Origin: Piromyces finnis finn
Lineage: Eukaryota > Fungi > Neocallimastigomycota
Assembly: GCA_002104945.1 (NCBI GenBank)
Contig: MCFH01000047.1
Coordinates: forward strand, 186,001 to 250,000
DNA: 64,000 nt
Direction: 5' to 3'
Under the pieces are notes generated by a model that had not been told where the DNA came from, did no database searches, and saw nothing but the letters and a program-made list of their open reading frames with translations. Position numbers and translations under genes: made by a program. Positions 59,546 through 64,000 of the stretch are shown here, one piece after another (the stretch's first letter is position 1; every line of letters begins with the position of its first letter).

Positions 59546-61766
59546 TTTTTTTTTTTTTTAACAACATCAAATATTTTAAACTTCATTATTAATTTAATTA
59601 AAATTATAATACATGTTATAAAAAATTAAAAATAAAAATAAAAATAAAAAAAAAAAATACGTTTAAATAAACACAAATGAATAAAAATTGGGTATAATGT
59701 ATTCTAGTAATTTTAATTAAAGTAAGAAAGCCACTATTAGACTAAAGTATAACAATTGTATTTGACTTCCAATGAGACACCGAGCCAAAGATCAAAATTT
59801 TGTCATGGAACAAAATTATGATCTCCATTGGTTGTGTTGGCCCTCCTGGCCTGTCTTACTGTTTCTTCAGCATTGACGCTCTTGGATGTTGCTTCAAACC
59901 TTTTGAACATTGACCATTGCTGGCCAATAGCAAAAGGCATGATTTTGGTTAGAAGTTCCGCTGTTACCGTCAAGAATGGTGTTCCTTCATTAGTACCAGA
60001 TTGATTATGACACTTGTAAAGTTCTTTCCATTCTCTTGAATTGTAATTAATATTGTTAAAACTTCTTCCCCCAAGAAGGAATTTAAATATTTTACTGCAC
60101 ACACTAGAATAATCATACACATTAATATTCACAGGATTATTAGAACTATTACTATCATTAACTAAATTACTATCTATATTAGAATTATTATCTTCACTAT
60201 TGTTATTACTATTATTATTACTTCTACTACTATCATTATTAATTCTACCACTACTATTGTTATTATTACTATTGATACTATTACTATTGTTACTATTATT
60301 ATTACTATTGGCACTATTACTATTACTATTATTGCTGTCTCTACTGATATTAACATTTTCATTATTATTGATAGGACTGTTGGAATTACGTTGACTGAAA
60401 AAATTTAGTAGCTGGACTATGGAATCATAATGTTTAATACGGATATCTCTAAATGTTGGACAATCTAATAACCAATGTTTAATACTTTGATCTCCACACT
60501 TGCAACATGGACAGTAGTTAGGACAAACTGGATCAACAAATTTGGCAGCTTTGGCAACTCTAGCATCCAACTTGTATCCGCTTCTTGCTTTCAATAGCCA
60601 GTAGAAGCCATAGGCAAACTCTGGGTACTCATAACATAATTTAATAAAATCTTTAGTTTCAATAAATTTATTATCATCATAATATTGCGCTTTGATTGAA
60701 TTCCCTTTGAGATCTTTCCAATAAAAGTTTTTAACTGCTTTAACATCTCCATGTTTTTTTAATTTTTTATCAAGTGTCCTACTTGATTTGCACCACGTGT
60801 ATTTTCTAAATTTAGGAATGTAATTGATAAGGTGTGAGATAATACAATTCGAGTTTTTCCATTTGTTAAAACATCTAACCTGAGCTAACGCACATTTGGC
60901 TGACAATGGAGGAATATTCAAATCTTTTGAGATAGAGTATAAAGATATAAACGATACAGCTTTATGAACTCCGGCAACCCATCGTATTCCTTTGTTAACA
61001 TGCTTCTGAGCAATCCTAGACCTAGCTTTGTTGGATCCAAGTAATGGTGCAAAGTATGAAACTCTGCTGATTACTTGTGAGTTAAGTACTAGCTTTTTGA
61101 AGGGAATAGGAATATTAGGATTTCTTAAGAATTTACTGACTGAGAAAAGTCCTTTCAAAACCTTGTTATTAAGAGCTTTAATAACTGGTTTAAGGGACAA
61201 ATTCTTATCAAATGAAATACCAAGATAAGTATAACAATCAGTAGTTGGAATGGGTTGTCCTGCTAAGTAAAATGTTGGATCTCTCTTGTTCTGATTTTCT
61301 ATTGATTCAGGACGAATCACCATCGTTGAACATTTCTGGATACCAAATTCCATTTCATTATACAATGCCCATTCATTAACTCTTCTAAGCATCTTTTTTA
61401 AGCATCCTCTTGTTGGAGCACAAATAACTATATCATTGGCAAAAAGTCCACCACAGCATCGAGTGTCACCTAAACTGACTCCAAGATCTTCGCACTCTTT
61501 AAATATATCATTAATAAAGAGATTAAAGAGAATAGGCGAAAGTGGGCAACCTTGACGGACTCCTTTCTTCACATCAAAAGATTTCGAGAATTGTCCATCT
61601 AATTTGACATTAGCCTTAGATGTTAAATATAAATTTTTGATGAATTGTAAACTCTTACCTCGGATTCCTAAACAATCTAATTTATGGAGAATATTACTGA
61701 TTGGGACTGAATCGTATGCTTTCCTGAGATCTAAAAAGGCCAAATATGTCTCTTTATTATCTAATT

Positions 61767-61769
<3 letters not shown>
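59546..61769 (-). mobile_element. Non-LTR retrotransposon (LINE) copy A, 5'-interrupted or truncated, RT catalytically mutated
   Basis: RT motifs FLDLRKAYDSV, KGVRQGCPLSPILFNLFIND, FANDIV (FADD with D to N) and YTYLG. C-terminal CPCCKCGDQSIKHWLLDCP zinc knuckle, stop at 59803, 3' UTR and poly(A) (T14, 59546-59559). The ATG start called in the track actually lies in the 3' end of copy B. Confidence 0.93.
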
Positions 61770-61801
<32 letters not shown>

Positions 61802-64000
61802 GGCATCAAATATTTTAAACTTTATTATTAATTTAATTAAAATTATAATACATGTAATATAAAAATTAAAATAAAATAAAAATAAAAAAAAATATGTTTA
61901 AATAAACACAAATGAATAAAAATTGGGTATAATGTATTCTAGTAATTTTAATTAAAGTAAGAAAGCCACTATCATACTAAAGTATAATAATTGTATTTGA
62001 CTTCCAATGGGACACCGAGCCAAAGATCAAAATTTTATCATGGGACAAAATTATGATCTCCATTGGTTGCGCTGGCCCTCCTGGCCTGTCTTACTGTTTC
62101 TTCAGCATTGACGCTCTTGGATGTTGCTTCAAACCTTTTGAACATTGACCATTGCTGGCCAATAGCAAAAGGCATGATTTTGGTTAGAAGTTCCGCGGTT
62201 ACCGTCAAGAATGGTGTTCCTTCATTAGTACCAGATTGAATCTGACGCTTACAAAGTTCTTTTCATTCCCTTGAATTGTAATTGATATTGTTAAAACTTC
62301 TTCCCCCAAGAAGGAATTTAAATATTTTACTGCACACACTAGAATAATCATACACATTAATATTCACCGGATTATTAGAACTATTACTATCATTAACTAA
62401 ATTACTATCTAAATTAGAATTATTATCTTCACTATTGCTATCATTACTAATATTATTATTTCTATTACTACTATTGTTATTATTACTATTGTTATTATTA
62501 CTATTGTTATTATTACTATTGTTATTATTACTATTGTTACTATTACTATTAATATTATTACTATCTCTACTGATATTATCAATTTCATTATTATTGATAG
62601 GACTATTGGAATTACGTTGACTGAAAAAATTTAATAGCTGGACTATGGAATCATAATGTTTAATACGGATATCTCTAAATGTTGGACAATCTAATAACCA
62701 ATGTTTAATACTTTGATCTCCACACTTGCAACATGGACAGTAGTTAGGACAAACTGGATCAACAAATTTGGCAGCTTTGGCAACTCTAGCATCCAACTTG
62801 TATCCGCTTCTTGCTTTCAATAGCCAGTAGAAGCCATAGGCAAACTCTGGGTACTCATAACATAATTTAATAAAATCTTTAGTATCAATAAACTTATTAT
62901 CATCATAATATTGCGCTTTGATTGAATTCCCTTTGAGATCTTTCCAATAAAAGTTTTTAACTGCTTTAACATCTCCATGTTTCTTTAGTTTTTTATCAAG
63001 TGTCCTACTTGATTTGCACCACGTGTATTTTCTAAATTTAGGAATGTAATTGACAAGGTGTGAGATAATACAATTTGAGTTTTTCCATTTGTTAAAACAT
63101 CTAACCTGAGCTAATGCACATTTGGCTGACAATGGAGGAATATTCAAATCTTTTGAGATAGAGTATAAAGATATAAACGATACAGCTTTATGAACTCCGG
63201 CAACCCATCGTATTCCTTTGTTAACATGCTTCTGTGCAATTCTAGACCTGGCTTTGTTGGATCCAAGTAATGGTGCAAAGTATGAAACTCTGCTGATTAC
63301 TTGTGAGTTAAGTACTAGCTTTTTGAAGGGAATAGGAATATTAGGATTTCTTAAGAATTTACTGACTGAGAAAAGTCCTTTCAAAACCTTGTTATTAAGA
63401 GCTTTAATAACTGGTTTAAGGGACAGATTCTTATCAAATGGAACACCAAGATAAGTATAACAATCAGTAGTTGGAATGGGTTGTCCTGCTAAGTAAAATG
63501 TTGGATCTCTCTTGTTCTGATTTTCTATTGATTCAGGACGAATCACCATCGTTGAACACTTCTGGATACCAAATTCCATTTCATTATACAAGGCCCATTC
63601 ATTAACTCTTCTAAGCATCTTTTTTAAGCATCCTCTTGTTGGAGCACAAATAACTATATCATCTGCAAAAATCCACCACAGCATCGAGTGTCACCTAAAC
63701 TGACTCCGAGATCTTCACACTCTTTAAATATATCATTAATAAAGAGATTAAAGAGAATAGGAGAAAGAGGGCATCCTTGACGGACTCCTTTCTTCACATC
63801 AAAAGATTTCGAGAATTGTCCATCTAATTTGACATTAGCCTTAGATGTTAAATATAAATTTTTGATGAATTGTAAACTCTTACCTCGGATTCCTAAACAA
63901 TCTAATTTATGGAGAATATTACCGATTGGGACTGAATCGTATGCTTTCCTGAGATCTAAAAAGGCCAAATATGTCTCTTTATTATCTAATTGACGTCTAC
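61770..64000 (-). mobile_element. Non-LTR retrotransposon (LINE) copy B, extends beyond the window; pseudogenised
   Basis: Near-identical to copy A over about 2.2 kb, with poly(A) tail T29 at 61770-61798. Carries a 1-nt deletion just before FADD (63667-63671), which splits ORFs 63654..63968 and 62263..63684, and a TGG to TGA nonsense change at 62263-62265. Confidence 0.93.

Noticed and set aside
59803-60500. Possible restriction-like endonuclease (R2-type) after the CCHC motif
   Set aside because: No PD..D/ExK motif is visible. The tail looks like that of APE-type LINEs, and the 5' region that would settle this lies outside the window.

Overview
Extremely AT-rich eukaryotic genomic DNA with short GT-AG introns, long homopolymers and very long microsatellites. 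The combination of fungal-type genes (Ypd1, Hst3, tricalbin, Grr1-like F-box) with a centriole-type gene suggests a flagellated fungus, most likely an anaerobic gut fungus (Neocallimastigomycota); this is inference. By joining exons by hand (checking GT/AG and reading phase) I built 13 spliced protein-coding genes: SEC16, two tandem copines, tricalbin, F-box/LRR, SPC1, HST3-like sirtuin, SUN-domain protein, endosulfine, anillin-like, YPD1, TEDC1-like and NTAQ1. SPC1 and endosulfine are absent from the ORF track, and several others appear there only as fragments. The left end holds a probable Ty3/Gypsy 3' relic (PPT + LTR). The right end holds a head-to-tail stack of non-LTR retrotransposon copies with four stacked poly(A) tails. 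Most interesting: a fungal TEDC1-like (tubulin delta/epsilon complex) gene; the LINE stack, whose two RT copies are each broken at the FADD motif and carry a variable Asn microsatellite; intron acceptors preceded by long poly(A); a 13-kb block of three genes with ten C2 domains; and Tyr-repeat arrays in Sec16. No rRNA, tRNA or CRISPR array was found. All family calls come from motif recognition, not database searches.
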